From the NCBI GenBank assembly GCA_964016885.1, contig OZ024742.1, forward strand, positions 227,478,001 through 227,542,000: a DNA stretch of 64,000 nucleotides, written 5' to 3'. A model generated the notes under the pieces. The model did not search any database, was not told the origin of the DNA, and saw nothing but the letters and a program-made list of their open reading frames with translations. Below are positions 28,636 to 41,095 of this stretch, one piece after another (within the stretch, counting starts at the first letter, position 1; each line of letters opens with the position of its first letter). The DNA comes from Eledone cirrhosa (Eukaryota). Position numbers and translations under genes: made by a program.

Positions 28636-28804
28636 TGATCAAAAGAACATCTATTTTATTTTATTAATACTTATATTAATAACTCCTGAAAATTATTTTT
28701 ACCGTTGAGTGCTTCCAATCTACTGTAAAAATCATTCTTTGACATAATCATCGAATATTGTTTAACAATTTAATACTTATATATATATATATATATATAT
28801 ATAT

Positions 28805-29130
28805 GGAGGCACATGGCTTAGTGGTTAGAAAGGTTGTGAGTTCAATTCTCAGACTGGGTGATGTGTTGTTTCCTTGAGCAAGACACTTTATTTCACATTG
28901 CTCCAGTTTACTCAGCTGTAGAAATGAGATGATAGGGACTGGGGTCCCTATCATTCCACTGCAAAGTGGTCGTGGAGGTGCCACGGCAAAAAAGCACCCA
29001 GCACTCACTGTAAATGAGGTTGGTGTTAGGAAGGGCTTCTAGCTGTAGAAATCAAGCCAGAATCAGTTCCCGTCCCACCCTTGCAAGCAGGGAAAAAGCG
29101 GACGTAAAATGGAATGGAAATGGAATGGAA
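28805..29130 (+). mobile_element. SINE: family C head with RTE-type tail
   Basis: tRNA head, cttgagcaagacact, ggttggtgttaggaagggc, cccttgcaagcagggaaaaagcggacgtaaaatg tail; second copy at 59710-59950. Confidence 0.8.
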
Positions 29131-29277
29131 TATATATATATATACGGAAAGTGTAATAAGAAGTGTGTAGTAAGATTGAAATTTAAGTAAGTGTTTTGCT
29201 TTTTGCAAAGGCTACACAATATTATAGTTAATATGCATTGAGTAGTCTTTGAGATAAAGCAAAACATACTCTTAATC

Positions 29278-30160
29278 TTCATCATCATTTTTCGTCCACT
29301 GTTCCATGCTTGGATGGGTCTTTCTCAGTACAGTAGCCCTCCACTTGTCACATACCTTCGTCTTCTTTGTGGTCAGTTCTCCGGTCTTCCTTGGTCTTCT
29401 ACTGCTGCTTCCTTCCACTGGGATTTGTAAGCACTTCATCACCCAGTGATCATCATTCATGCACATCACATGTTCAAACCAATGCAATATTTTCTCTTGC
29501 ACACTATATCTGATTCCTCTTATACACTGTTTTTCACTTAGTTCATCCATACTTTGTTTTTTATGCATATTAACATTGCATATCTATCAAAGGATGCTTG
29601 CCTCATTTTTCTATAGCCTTTGCATATCCTCTACATTTACTGCCCATGTCTCACTACCATACAACATTGCATGTTGTGCACACCCATCATACAGTTCGCA
29701 TTTCGTTCTTATAGAGAAGCATTTTGTTATCAACAGAACTCATTGATCCCCAAACTTTTTCCATTCCATTCTTAGTCTAGCCACTATGCTGTTGGAGCAT
29801 TCTCCACCACAGCTAATTAGACCATCTAGTTAGCAGAAGCTATCCACGAGTTCTATGGATCATTCCGTGGATTGGAAAGGTTTATGTATATATTCATCCT
29901 TTTTACATCTGCTTTTCCATGCTTGCAAGGGTTGGACAGGTCTTTTCCAGCATAGTCTCCCTCCACACATTTCATTCCTTTATCATTTCTTCTGTGAAGT
30001 TCAGCATTTTGAAATCCACTCTCACCACTTCTGCTCAGGTTTTCCTTGGCCTTCTGCTATGACAGTTTGCTTCCACTAGGAGCTCCTAGCACTTCTTCAC
30101 CTGATTCTCATCCTCTATGCACATCACATTGCCTTACCAACACAGTCTCTTCTCTTCAAC
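29278..30160 (-). mobile_element. Degenerate RTE LINE 3' fragments
   Basis: LSEK.CIRGIR.SVQEK.LHWF.HVM..VEG...RPRKT and a (GAT)n tail; homologous to 54228-54749. Confidence 0.8.
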
Positions 30161-30625
30161 TCATAAAGAAAAAGTGAAATATCCAGAGCCTATGACTCTC
30201 AGATTTAGGTCTCTTTAGCTAAGGATCTCTGTGTGATCCTTGCTTCAGTTGTCTATAAAATGTAATGAACTAGAAATGCTAGAGTTGTGACCAACCCCAA
30301 AATGAAACAAGCTAACTAGCAGCAGAGGAAGAATGATTAGTTACAGAAAAGAAATATGAAGAATGTTGAAAAATAAAGTCAATACTAGTTCATCTAATCC
30401 AGTTTTTATAAAACTTGTTGGTCCCACACCCCACTTCACAAAGTTATCAGAGATTCTGTTTAATGTGCAATTGACCCTTGCTTGTGTAGTTCTAAATCTA
30501 ATGTTGTGCAGTAAGTTTACATTTTGTGTCAAATACTACATGGGCTTACATAATAAATGATGTTTAAAAGACATATTATATATTATACAATATATTATAG
30601 TAAAGCTAGATCCATTATATCCCAG

Positions 30626-30721
30626 CTGGCTCATATTGAACTGAGGAAAAATAGCAAAACAGTGATTCGTGAAATGGAGAGAGAAGTAAAAAATGTTTCA
30701 TCATGGTTAGAGCTGGGGCAG
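30626..30721 (+). CDS. Candidate internal coding exon (96 nt, phase 0/0): LAHIELRKNSKTVIREMEREVKNVSSWLELGQ
   Basis: cccag| acceptor, CAG|gtaaga donor, only one open frame, non-repetitive; product not recognised. Confidence 0.35.
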
Positions 30722-31009
30722 GTAAGAGAAGAATAAAAGAGCAATTCCTCAGGAAGTAGTAAAACTAAACAGTTTCTGTATGATTGAAGGGGTGACAGCA
30801 GCACCTGGTGTGGTGTAGTGACTGTATGGATGGTGTAGGGATAAATTATGTTATAGTGTTCAGCCAAAGGAACTCCAGCATTCTCTGATAGCAACAATAT
30901 AGCTTTGCATTGCTGGAAGTTTCCAAAATTGTTGAGATATCCAGTTGATATCTGGTAAAGGAAGTGTCTCACAGTTCAGCCAAGACTCTGAGGATGAGAT
31001 GCTAATTAT

Positions 31010-31520
31010 TAGTCAAAGTCTGTCCCAAGACCAGAAGTGCATCAGGCTGGAGTTTATCATTAGGGTTAAGCGACTGAAAGTACATGACTCCCCTGGACAG
31101 GACACCAGTCCATTGCAGGGTAAAAGTCTATCCCACGTCAAGAGACTCATCAGCCTAGAGCTTATCCTACTTTCATTGGCATTGAGCGACAGAGTGTACA
31201 AGATGGATATGACACTAGTCCATTGCCAGTTTAAAGTCTGTCCCAAGCCTTGACGTAGCCCAGTTTCATGTAGTGTAAAGCAATTAAGTGTATAAGACTC
31301 CCTACTGGACAAAATACCAGTCCATCACAAGGTTAAAGTCTGTCCCAAATTCAGAGGCTCCTCAGGCCAGAGCTTAGCCTGGTTTCATGTGGTGTTAAGC
31401 AATTAAAAGTATAAGACTCCTCACTGGACAAGATACCAATCCATCATAAGGTTTAAGTCTGTCCCAAGTCTAGAAATTCATCAGGCCAGAGCTTAGCCCA
31501 ATTTTATTAGTGTTAACCCT
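31010..31520. repeat. Tandem array of four to five ~100-120-bp SINE-derived units
   Basis: aagtctgtcccaag...catcagg.cagagcttagcc...gttaagcaatt...gactccc.ctggacaa.a.accagtccat repeats; resembles the reverse complement of 9820-9900. Confidence 0.7.
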
Positions 31521-33126
31521 TTAGTTACCAACCATGCCAAAACTGGCTCTGGTTCTTTGAAATAAAACCGCCCATTTTAAAGGTTTTGAATTTAAATTAA
31601 AATCTTCCAAAATAATTTTACATAAGAACCTTATATTAAGTTACTATCTTAGTAATAAAATAATTAATAATTTTAGTATATCCCTCAAAATTCTTAATTA
31701 ATTAAGATAGAGTGTTTTTCATTATAAATACGGTCATGAAAAGGTTAAGTAACTGAGTACAGGATGCCATTCCATCACAAAATTATTCCCCAGCCCTGCA
31801 GCTATATATGTATATATTAGTTTAATGCTTGAAATAGCATATATATGTATACCATTTATGTTAGTCTGTTTACCAATGGGTAGAACTGGTGATTCAGGTT
31901 AGTAAATCAATCAAAGCACTCAACGTTATGCAAATCATCGATCATAGATGTGGTATCCTGTGGCTGGAGCAGGAACAGAGTTAAGTATTCATTAGCACAA
32001 CAACAGAAGACTGAACTAGAAAATTTACTTTAGAATTTTCATTCCACAAAAGCACCATCCATATTTCAATGGCTCAGCCCTATCATACGATTATGATGCA
32101 CGACTAGATGATTTGAAATGTGTTTAGTATACAGGATATGGTGACTGGGAGGACCATGGATCAGGGGAGTACTCAATTCATGTTTAGGCAGAGAGCTTGT
32201 ATAGGTATTCTGTAAATTACCAACAGTGAACTCTCTCTCCATTCTGGTTGGTCGGCAGGCTTGCTTCCAACATATGTATATATAATATGAACACACTTGG
32301 ACAGTGAATATTCAGATACACACAAACATGCTTACACACAGACATTCCCATACATAAACATACACACCCTTACCCTCACACACATGCACACAAATTCCAC
32401 TACAGAGAATACAGAAAGTCACAAACACACACATGGAGATACACATACACACACTCATACATAAACATATACTTTCACTCACATGAAAACATACACACAC
32501 AAAAACAGCACAAAAGAATTCCGACACACTCATGAAAATACACACACACACAAACATACACACTTACATACATAGAAAGAATACAAAAAAGACACATGCA
32601 CAAAAAAAGAACTCACACACACACTAGTGTGCACTCACCAACAATATAAGACTCAGAGACATGCACAAATACACACATACATACAATCACATGTGATTCT
32701 AATGTATTTGTATCCCTGTGTTTGTTTTGTTTTATTTGTTCAAATATATATATATTATAATTATTCAAATTCTGTTAGTGTAATAAATTAATTTCATTTT
32801 TCAACAAAAATCAAAGACTGCATACTGTGGTGTTTACTCAACATATGAATTATTCCAATTGGTAGATCCTCTGGAAGTTATATAGGTTCCAAGTACAACA
32901 ATATACAGAGTGTATATAGAAAATTCATTGTAACTACATATTTAAGTAGTTGGATGCAAGTTAATTTGATTAAAATAATGAAATACTCAAGTGTTAGCAA
33001 TCCAAGACTTATATATAATACATATGATGAAACATGTGTAAGTGTTATGCAATAAAGGTTATTCCTACTCATCTGGTGTTTAAAAAAATATTTTTATCAT
33101 TTCTCTCTCTCTCTCTCTCTCTCTCT

Positions 33127-33181
<55 letters not shown>

Positions 33182-33187
<6 letters not shown>

Positions 33188-33336
33188 AAAAAGAGATGAA
33201 ATCGAAAATGCAACTGGAGTCTTATTTTTTTTTTAAATAAGACTCCAGTTGCATTTTCGATTTCATCTCTTTTTCTTTATACTTTCACTCGTGTAGGACA
33301 CCTCGGTTATTTTTCATTTTGTAAAAAAAGCCTCAC

Positions 33337-33343
<7 letters not shown>
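33182..33343. mobile_element. Fold-back insert: ~46-bp arms plus right tail
   Basis: Arms 33182-33227 / 33235-33281 inside (TA)n. Confidence 0.85.
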
Positions 33344-33367
<24 letters not shown>

Positions 33368-34237
33368 ACCAAAGATTTATATCGTTCGTTGATTATTCAA
33401 TATATATATATATGGTGTTAGGAAGGGCATCCAGCTGTAGAAAACCCGCCAGATAGTCCTATGCGAGCAAGATAATCACTCTTGGCTCAAGTGGGAAAAC
33501 CCCCGTCCAAACCCATGCAAGCGTGGAACACAGACGTTAAACGTTGATGATGATGATGATGATGATGATATATATATATATAACGATAAAGAAATGTAGT
33601 GAAGTAGATGCTAGCAATGTTGATTATAGCGCAGTTGAAAGTTGTTGAGTAGATGCAGCAGTGGAAGGAATTAGCTTCTGTTTGTTGTTGTTCATTTGAG
33701 CATGGCAGAGGTTGTAGTAGTTTGTATTATTGGCTTGCAGGGTGAAGGAGGTAAAAAGTGTCCCATATATAAGCGTTGTGGAGAAAATGCTGAGAAATAA
33801 ACAAGTAAAACAAGGTCGCTGCATAAAGAATTTTTATTAAGAAAATAGCTTACTTCAAAAATATTGTTGATAAGACAGGAAAACAACAAAGAACCGAGTG
33901 AATTGTGTGTTATGTTAGTTTGTGTGAATGTTGTAGTAATCTGACCAGATGAATTTATAGAAGTAGTCCAACCCTGTCAAGTGGGTTGGAATGTTTGACT
34001 AAAAGCTACATCTCTCTACTGCTTGAGCAACTCGAAGTATGTCCTCATCTTCCGAGAAACCAGAGTGGAATGACCTAGAGAAAGACTTGTTGGGCAGTCT
34101 CCAGAACACTGGTGCCAACTCGAGATAAAGAGAAACAGCTCTGCCATGTCATTTGGCGGTCAAGTTTTTGGTGGTCCGCTTAATAGACCAAATGAAACCC
34201 TGCTGCAGATATATATATATATATATACATATATATA

Positions 34238-34825
34238 CAGAAGTCGATAGCTGTATAACAAAGTGCAGGGCAATAAAGATAGACGGTAGCCACGGAATAG
34301 GCAGACCTAGAAAATCCTGGGACGAGCTGATAAACTCCGACCTCACACACTTACACCTCTCCAAGACAATGTCACTGGACCGAGACCTTTGGCGGTACTC
34401 AGTAATAGAGAAGACCCGCCTTACCTAAATACATAGTAAAACCTACTACAGTCAGTAGGCATCTCTAACAAAATACACCCCCGTCCCACCACCCCCACCC
34501 CATCCACACCGCCCCCTTCTATGTAAAGTTATGTTGGTGCCACACCATCCAGGCCGAAACAAATGAGATCGTGTAGGTGTCACGACAAAAAAACACACAG
34601 TCCACGCTGTAATGTAGCCGTGTAGGCAACACGGTAAAAACCTCCCAGTCCCACACTGTAAATGTGGTTGGTGTTAGGAAGGGCATCCAACTGTAGAAAA
34701 CCTGCCAGACAGTCCTATGCGAGCAAGTCAATCACTCTTGCCTCAAATGGGAAAACCCCCGTCCAAACCCATGCAAGCGTGGAACACGGATGTTAAACGT
34801 TGATGATGATGATGATGATGATGAT
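34238..34825 (+). mobile_element. 5'-truncated RTE LINE 3' end
   Basis: KCRAIKIDGSHGIGRPRKSWDELI..DRDLWR, 3'UTR and (GAT)n tail; same family as 53772-55150; shorter copies at 33414-33570 and 36318-36690. Confidence 0.88.
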
Positions 34826-35048
34826 ACATACAGCAGTGTGATTTTTTTTAAAATATCATTTAGTAACTCTATAATAATTTAACATCTATCACTTAACTGA
34901 TATTATTTGTCTGGAAAAAAAAAGTCAATGCAAAGTTAAGTATATATACATTGTTTTAGTATTTGTTTTTTAAGATTCTTGGTGTGAAATCGTATGTTGA
35001 AACAGATATTATGATACTTAGGGAGGGTCATTTTGCCAATAAAAATAC

Positions 35049-35049
<1 letters not shown>

Positions 35050-35097
<48 letters not shown>

Positions 35098-35225
35098 AAT
35101 TATGGTGTACGGTGCTCAGGTGCATTACAACTCATCAAAGGTGCATGTATAGTACATAAAATAATGTTCAAATGTCAGGAAAATAAAATGAACTGTGTAT
35201 GAGTCATGAAATACATGTACCAGTT
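35050..35225 (-). mobile_element. CR1-family 3' end with (ATT)n tail
   Basis: Reverse complement matches 63890-64000 (atgcac.tttgatgagttgta.tgcacct.agca..gtacac). Confidence 0.7.
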
Positions 35226-35457
35226 AAATTTCACTTCAGCTTTATTATTAGTTAGGTAACTAATCCCTTCTTTGGTTACTTTAGTAGCTGGATGGTTATT
35301 TAGTTGACATATTTCACTATCAAAGTTCTTTCATCACATTCTGTAGCCTTCTCAATGACTTTTCTTGCTCCTCTATGTACCCTCCTTGTTTTGATCTTTT
35401 TCTATTTACTCCATCTTATCTTTCTGACCAACGATAGTATTAGTTACCTAACTAATA

Positions 35458-35635
35458 ATTGTTTCTACTTTAGGCACAAGGCCAGCAATTACCCAGTGTA
35501 TTACTGGTACTTTATTTTATCGACCCCGTAAGGATGAAAGGCAAAGTTAACCTCGGCGGGATTTGAACTCAGAATGGCAAGGGCCGTAACTCTTTGCTGC
35601 AAAGCATGGCGTCCGACTCTCTACCGATACTGCCA
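35458..35635 (-). mobile_element. SINE family A with TSD aactaataat
   Basis: Core, head and direct repeat. Confidence 0.88.
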
Positions 35636-35901
35636 AACTAATAATAAAACTGAAATAAAACTCAACTGGTGTGTGTGTTTTTATTGGTAACATGACCTTC
35701 CAAATTCATCATCATCATCATCATCATTTTACGTCCGCTTTACCCTGCTTGTGTGGAAGATAGACGTTAAACGATGATGATCATATACGAAGATGTGTAA
35801 GGTCAAAATTTGTTGAAATAAATCTTTCTCCTCTAACCTCTCCTTCATGCCTAGTCATTTGTTTTTCCTAGTACTATACCTTTAAATGTATATATATATA
35901 T

Positions 35902-36267
35902 ATATAAGTTAAAACAATGAAATAAAAAATCAAGTCATTAGAAATATACTTCTTCACTGCTTTACGATCGTTTCTAGGTGATGATAATACATCGTAACTA
36001 TACTTCGATATCAATCTATGTAAGGTTAGTTACAAAATATCAGATAAAGAGAATATTTACTTACATGCATATCACCAGCTGTTGTCAAAAGTATATTTCT
36101 AATGACTTGATTTTTTATTTCATTGTTTTAACTTATATCATGACTGTGTTTTCCTTTTAATGTTTTATTGTTTTCCGGGATTTATTTTAACCTACAACAT
36201 TTTCAACATATGGATTACATTGAGTTCTTCATGCAGACTAGACCCCACAACTTACCGTGGATATCTC

Positions 36268-36268
<1 letters not shown>
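35902..36268. mobile_element. Fold-back insert: ~50-bp arms, 137-bp spacer, right tail
   Basis: Arms 35902-35951 / 36089-36138; minus-strand gaaacgatcgta in the spacer is a hammerhead 3' half. Confidence 0.8.
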
Positions 36269-36320
<52 letters not shown>

Positions 36321-36685
36321 ACAGTCAGTAGGCATCTCTAACAAAATACACCACGCCCGTCCCACCACCCCCACCCCATCCACACCGCCCCTTTCAATGT
36401 AAAGTTATGTTGGTGCCACAACATCCAGGCCGAAACAAATGAGATCGTGTAGGTGTCACGACAAAAAAACACAGTCCACGCTGTAATGTGGCCGTGTAGG
36501 CAACACGGTAAAAACCTCCCGGTCCCACACTGTAAATGTGGTTGGTGTTAGGAAGGGCATCCAGCTGTAGAAAACCTACCAGACAGTCCTATGCGAGCAA
36601 GACAACCACTCTTGCCTCAAGTGGGAAAACTCCCGTCCAAACCCATGCAAGCGTGGAACATGGACGTTAAACGATGATGATGATG

Positions 36686-36735
<50 letters not shown>

Positions 36736-36799
36736 TGTGTGTGTCGGACACACGTACACACATAAAAAAGCTGTCATGCCTGCCTGAATTTTCGGTCAG

Positions 36800-37400
36800 T
36801 TGCTGACTTGACTGAATAACCCCACAATTACTACGTAGCGGTTCTTGCACGTGACTACTGGACCTGGATGAAACGAAGACGAAGAATTTCCTTGCGTACC
36901 GTTTTGTACCACAGATGCGATCTCACCCTGCTTCATTAATGTCCTATCGACACCAAAGTTCAACGTTTGGGCGAATAGATTTGAATCCAACCACCAACAA
37001 CATAGCTGGATGACCGATAATCACACCAAACCGGAGTACTGTGATCCTTGTGACTTCCAAATATACAACCACTGACACTGTTACGAAGACCAGAAAACCA
37101 TACTCCATATATTGAACCAATTGATTGGTTTGTGCGACCAAAATAACACCAAACACATATTGAACTAGGAATATTGGATCCTCAGTCAATGTCCGGGTGA
37201 GCAAAAATTTATATCTATCTGCATTGGAATTTACAAACTTGTGCATCTGCTGTGGTGTCAAAAACAAACGCACATGACCGCACAGATAAACAATGGACCA
37301 TGCCACGTGGCTTGAACCCGTAAGTGAATTGAAGGTTCTGCAACTCTGATACACATATTGTTTATTATTTATTATTAAGATGTATAAACTGGACATAACT
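36800..37400 (+). pseudogene. Possible L1/Tx1-type ORF2 C-terminal relic
   Basis: DL.LLH/NVLST, then YCDPC......H.HC knuckle, then IGIYKLVHLLW; many stops and frameshifts. Confidence 0.35.
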
Positions 37401-38014
37401 ATTATCATCTTATATTCTCTCAACGAATCACACTTGATCATATTTCTCTATCCTGTTTTCTCCCCCCATAATTATTATATTTTTATTATTGTTTGAAAAA
37501 AATCGTTTTTTTTACATTGTGTTTTCCCCTCCAAATATTCGCTTATATTTCCTTATATATTCTCTATATATATTTTTTTATCTTTATTATTATTTCCACT
37601 TTTACCCTCCTTTATATTTTACCTTATTCTTACCTTTATACCTTATTATAGTGTAATCTTCCCCATGCCTTATTATACACTATTAATTATAGATTATTAT
37701 TATTACTCTTTTTCCATTTCTAATTACCTCATGTACCTTCTCCTCCGCTATATGTATATATGTATTCTACGCCCTTTGTGTTTATGTAGCCTCTGCGCAC
37801 CCTCTGCACCATACTATCGACGCCACCCCATCTATGGTTCAGCTAACCACCCGACTCCCGGGAATGAATATGACCGCAGCTAGTAAACAAGGACCAACAC
37901 CCCACCCTCCCGCACCAAAATTAGACTTATCGTCCCCTACTTTTGCTCTTTACTCTCTTTACTCTTTGTTCTTGGGTGTTTGGTTGGTAGAGTCCATAAC
38001 ACCAATCAAACCCC

Positions 38015-38076
38015 TTTTATAGCTCTGATGAATCCTACGGTTACACGTAAGGAAGAAACATTGTTAGCCAATAAAA
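38015..38076 (+). ncRNA. Type I hammerhead ribozyme, slightly degenerate
   Basis: ttttatagct-CTGATGA(38025)-atcctacggttacacgtaaggaa-GAAA-catt-GTT|agccaataaaa; follows a long pyrimidine-rich tract and lies ~40 nt before (TA)n. Confidence 0.6.
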
Positions 38077-38119
38077 ATCTTTTGATGTTGTAGACGCTCT
38101 TGTGTTCTTTTTCATATAT

Positions 38120-38175
<56 letters not shown>

Positions 38176-38178
<3 letters not shown>

Positions 38179-38370
38179 CCCAATGGAGGGAGACCATGGT
38201 AAAGGAAGACTAAGGAAGACCTCAATGGAAGTGGTGAGAGCTGATCTCAGGTCGCTAAAGCTCACGGAGGAGATAACAAAGGAATGCAAGAAGTGGAGAG
38301 ATGCTGTACTGAGAAGGACCCCATCGAATCCATACAAGCAGGGTAAATGGACATAAGATGATGATGATAG
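38176..38370 (+). mobile_element. RTE 3' end
   Basis: MEGDHGKGRLRKTSMEVV..KWRDAVL and (GAT)n tail; also at 47635-47748. Confidence 0.8.
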
Positions 38371-39079
38371 ATATATAAATATTTACATACACATAAACAC
38401 AGTGTTATGTTTTTAAATAACATTTTGTGACTCTATAATAATTTAACTGATATTATTTATCTATGAAAAAATATATATGTATGTATGTTCAACGAAATGC
38501 ACATGTTAATACTGATATGTGGCTATTTTTATGAATACACTAAGACATCCCAACTGTGACATATGACAAATACATAGGAAGGTTGGTGGAAATTATTGAA
38601 CACAATTCCTTATAATGATTACTGACAATAAAATTGGTTTAAAGGAAATTTATTGATTTTTAAAAGGCAGAATTACTCCACCTTTGGTGATCTCCCAAAA
38701 CTGCAGTACTACTGAACTAAAGAAATATAGAGCTATAGAACCACATACTACATTACTATAGAACTACAGATCTACAGAACTACAGAACTATAGAATTATT
38801 AATCTTATGTGAGCACATTTGTCTCACTAGGAGTCATACATAAATATGTGCACAGACACGCACATATACATATGCATATAATTATCATCATCACCATCGT
38901 CATCATCATCATCATTATCATCATCATCATCATCATCATTTAATGTCTGCTTTCCATGTTAGTAAAAAGTTTATATATTATCATCATCTACTTCACTACA
39001 CTCTACATCAATATGACACCACAGCAATGTCACACTACAGTATAACGCTCTGTACTATATAGGATCACATGTTTATTCT

Positions 39080-39790
39080 ACACCAATATGACATCACACC
39101 AATATCACACTACAGCACAATGCCAATATCAAATCACACTACAATACAACAATATGACGTCACACTACAGTACAACACCAATGTGACATCACACCAACAT
39201 CACACTACAATACAACACCAATATGACATCACACTAGCACTACAGTACAGCACCGATATGATGTCACACCAACATCGCACTACAGTACAACACCAATATG
39301 ATGCCACTCTACTGCACAACACCAATATGACGTCACACTACAGTACAACACTAATATGACATCAAACCAACATCACACTGCAGTACAACACCAATATGAC
39401 GTCGCACCAATATCACACTACTCTACAAAACCAGTATGAGGTTAAACCAACCACACACTACAGTACAACACCAATATGACGTCACATTAATGTTACACAA
39501 AAGTACAACACCAATATGACGTCATACCAACATCACACTACAGTACAACACCAATATGACGTCACATTAACGTCACACTACAGTACACCATCAATATGAC
39601 GTCACATTAATGTTACACTACAGTACAACACTAATATGACGTCACATTAACGTCACACTACAGTACACCATCAATATGACGTCACATTAATGTTACACTA
39701 CAGTACAACACCAATATGACGTCACATTAACGTCACACTACAGTACACCATCAATATGACGTCACATTAATGTTACACTACAGTACAATA
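39080..39790. repeat. 40-bp minisatellite (80-bp higher-order repeat) carrying TGACGTCA
   Basis: Unit cacactacagtacaacaccaatatgacgtcacattaaYgtY. Confidence 0.95.
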
Positions 39791-40169
39791 CTAAGAAATA
39801 CGTGTTGTTTACATTGGAACTACTCTCTGTGTACAACAAACAACAACACGTGCGTGTACTTGTGTGTGAATGTATATTGCACCAACCAATCAATAAAGTA
39901 TTTTAACTTGCAGTTCCCTTCTTCTTCTCCTCCTATTCCTCTTCCACCTTCCTATACATACCTAACTCCCTCTTCATTCTCTCCCTCTTTCTCTCTCTCT
40001 CTCCTCATTCTTTCCTTCTCTCTCTGTCTTCATACACTACCCTCTCTCTTTCCCCCTCTCTCTCTCTTTCATTTCACATAGTCTTCAGATGTTATAATTA
40101 TTTAATTTTAACTTCTTTACCTTGCAATGTTCCCTACATGCCTCTCTTTAAAGGGTGAGGGCGACGAAT

Positions 40170-40210
40170 GCAGCAGCCACGCCCATTATACATAAATGAT
40201 TGACAGTGAG
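40170..40210. promoter_or_regulatory. Candidate enhancer motifs: KLF/SP GCCACGCCC and PBX-MEIS/PREP TGATTGACAG
   Basis: Exact consensus matches at 40176-40184 and 40197-40206. Confidence 0.4.
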
Positions 40211-40286
40211 TGTGCATATGGTGCATGTAATGCACTCAGTGTTACATTAGTTCTAATTGACAACAAATAGCTGATCTTAGATAAAC

Positions 40287-40355
<69 letters not shown>

Positions 40356-40569
40356 TCTCTCTCTAATCTCACTTTTGACAACAGTCTTAACATTTCATAA
40401 AATAATTTCTCAGATCAGATAATTCTAAGCAGAACTTGCAGTTTGTCCTTTCCAAAGGTGTGTCCATCTTTGAAACTATGAAATAAATGATAAATGTAAA
40501 GCTTTTGTGTTTTACAATGGCTAAAATGATTTTTCCATGATGTAATTGCTTTAGTTTCAACACACAGTC

Positions 40570-41095
40570 TCAGATCAGGTCACTTGCTAGACCTTCCGTA
40601 TGTATGAGCCACACAAATGCCATTATGAAGCCATGGTCAATGAGTTCGAACTACATTTGCTCTCAGTACTAGTCAGTACCTTCAACACAATGACTCGAAT
40701 GACATCAACAGAAGGAGCCATTATGTGGCCAGTTTCCCATCACAACTAGAGCCTGCCTGCTTCAATCATGGTGATGGTAAGCGTCCCTCTTCCTGTTTGA
40801 GGGAAGTAAATCACTAAACTATAATGCCACATGCTACGATATATTCTTCACCTCCAGCCTTGTCGTTTCGGCCACAAACAGCAGGACTTGACCAACCACT
40901 ATCTTTTTATGTTGGTGGCCATTGAAACCTCTGGTATTCTCAGTCCCCAGACTGCCATTGCCTCTGCAGAATGATGAGCAGTACATTCCATCTGAGAAAG
41001 GAGCCCCATGAGATTGAGTGGCTGATGCAGCAGGTGTTGCTGGCTGTTCTCTATGGTAATGCTTTCGATATTTTGTTCATGGGGCACAGCTGACA
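40570..41095 (+). mobile_element. CRE/R2-superfamily non-LTR relic (restriction-like endonuclease domain)
   Basis: PHKC..H.LS, NDI.RR, FPSQLEP...GDGKRP, KSL..ATC.D, VAIETSGILSP, EP.E.EWLMQQV.LAV..GNA..IL. Confidence 0.8.

Larger units (their letters stand above)
28431..28780. mobile_element. Fold-back insert: ~100-bp inverted arms, each with a complete hammerhead, plus right tail
   Basis: Arms 28431-28531 / 28570-28675; (TA)n on both sides. Confidence 0.88.
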
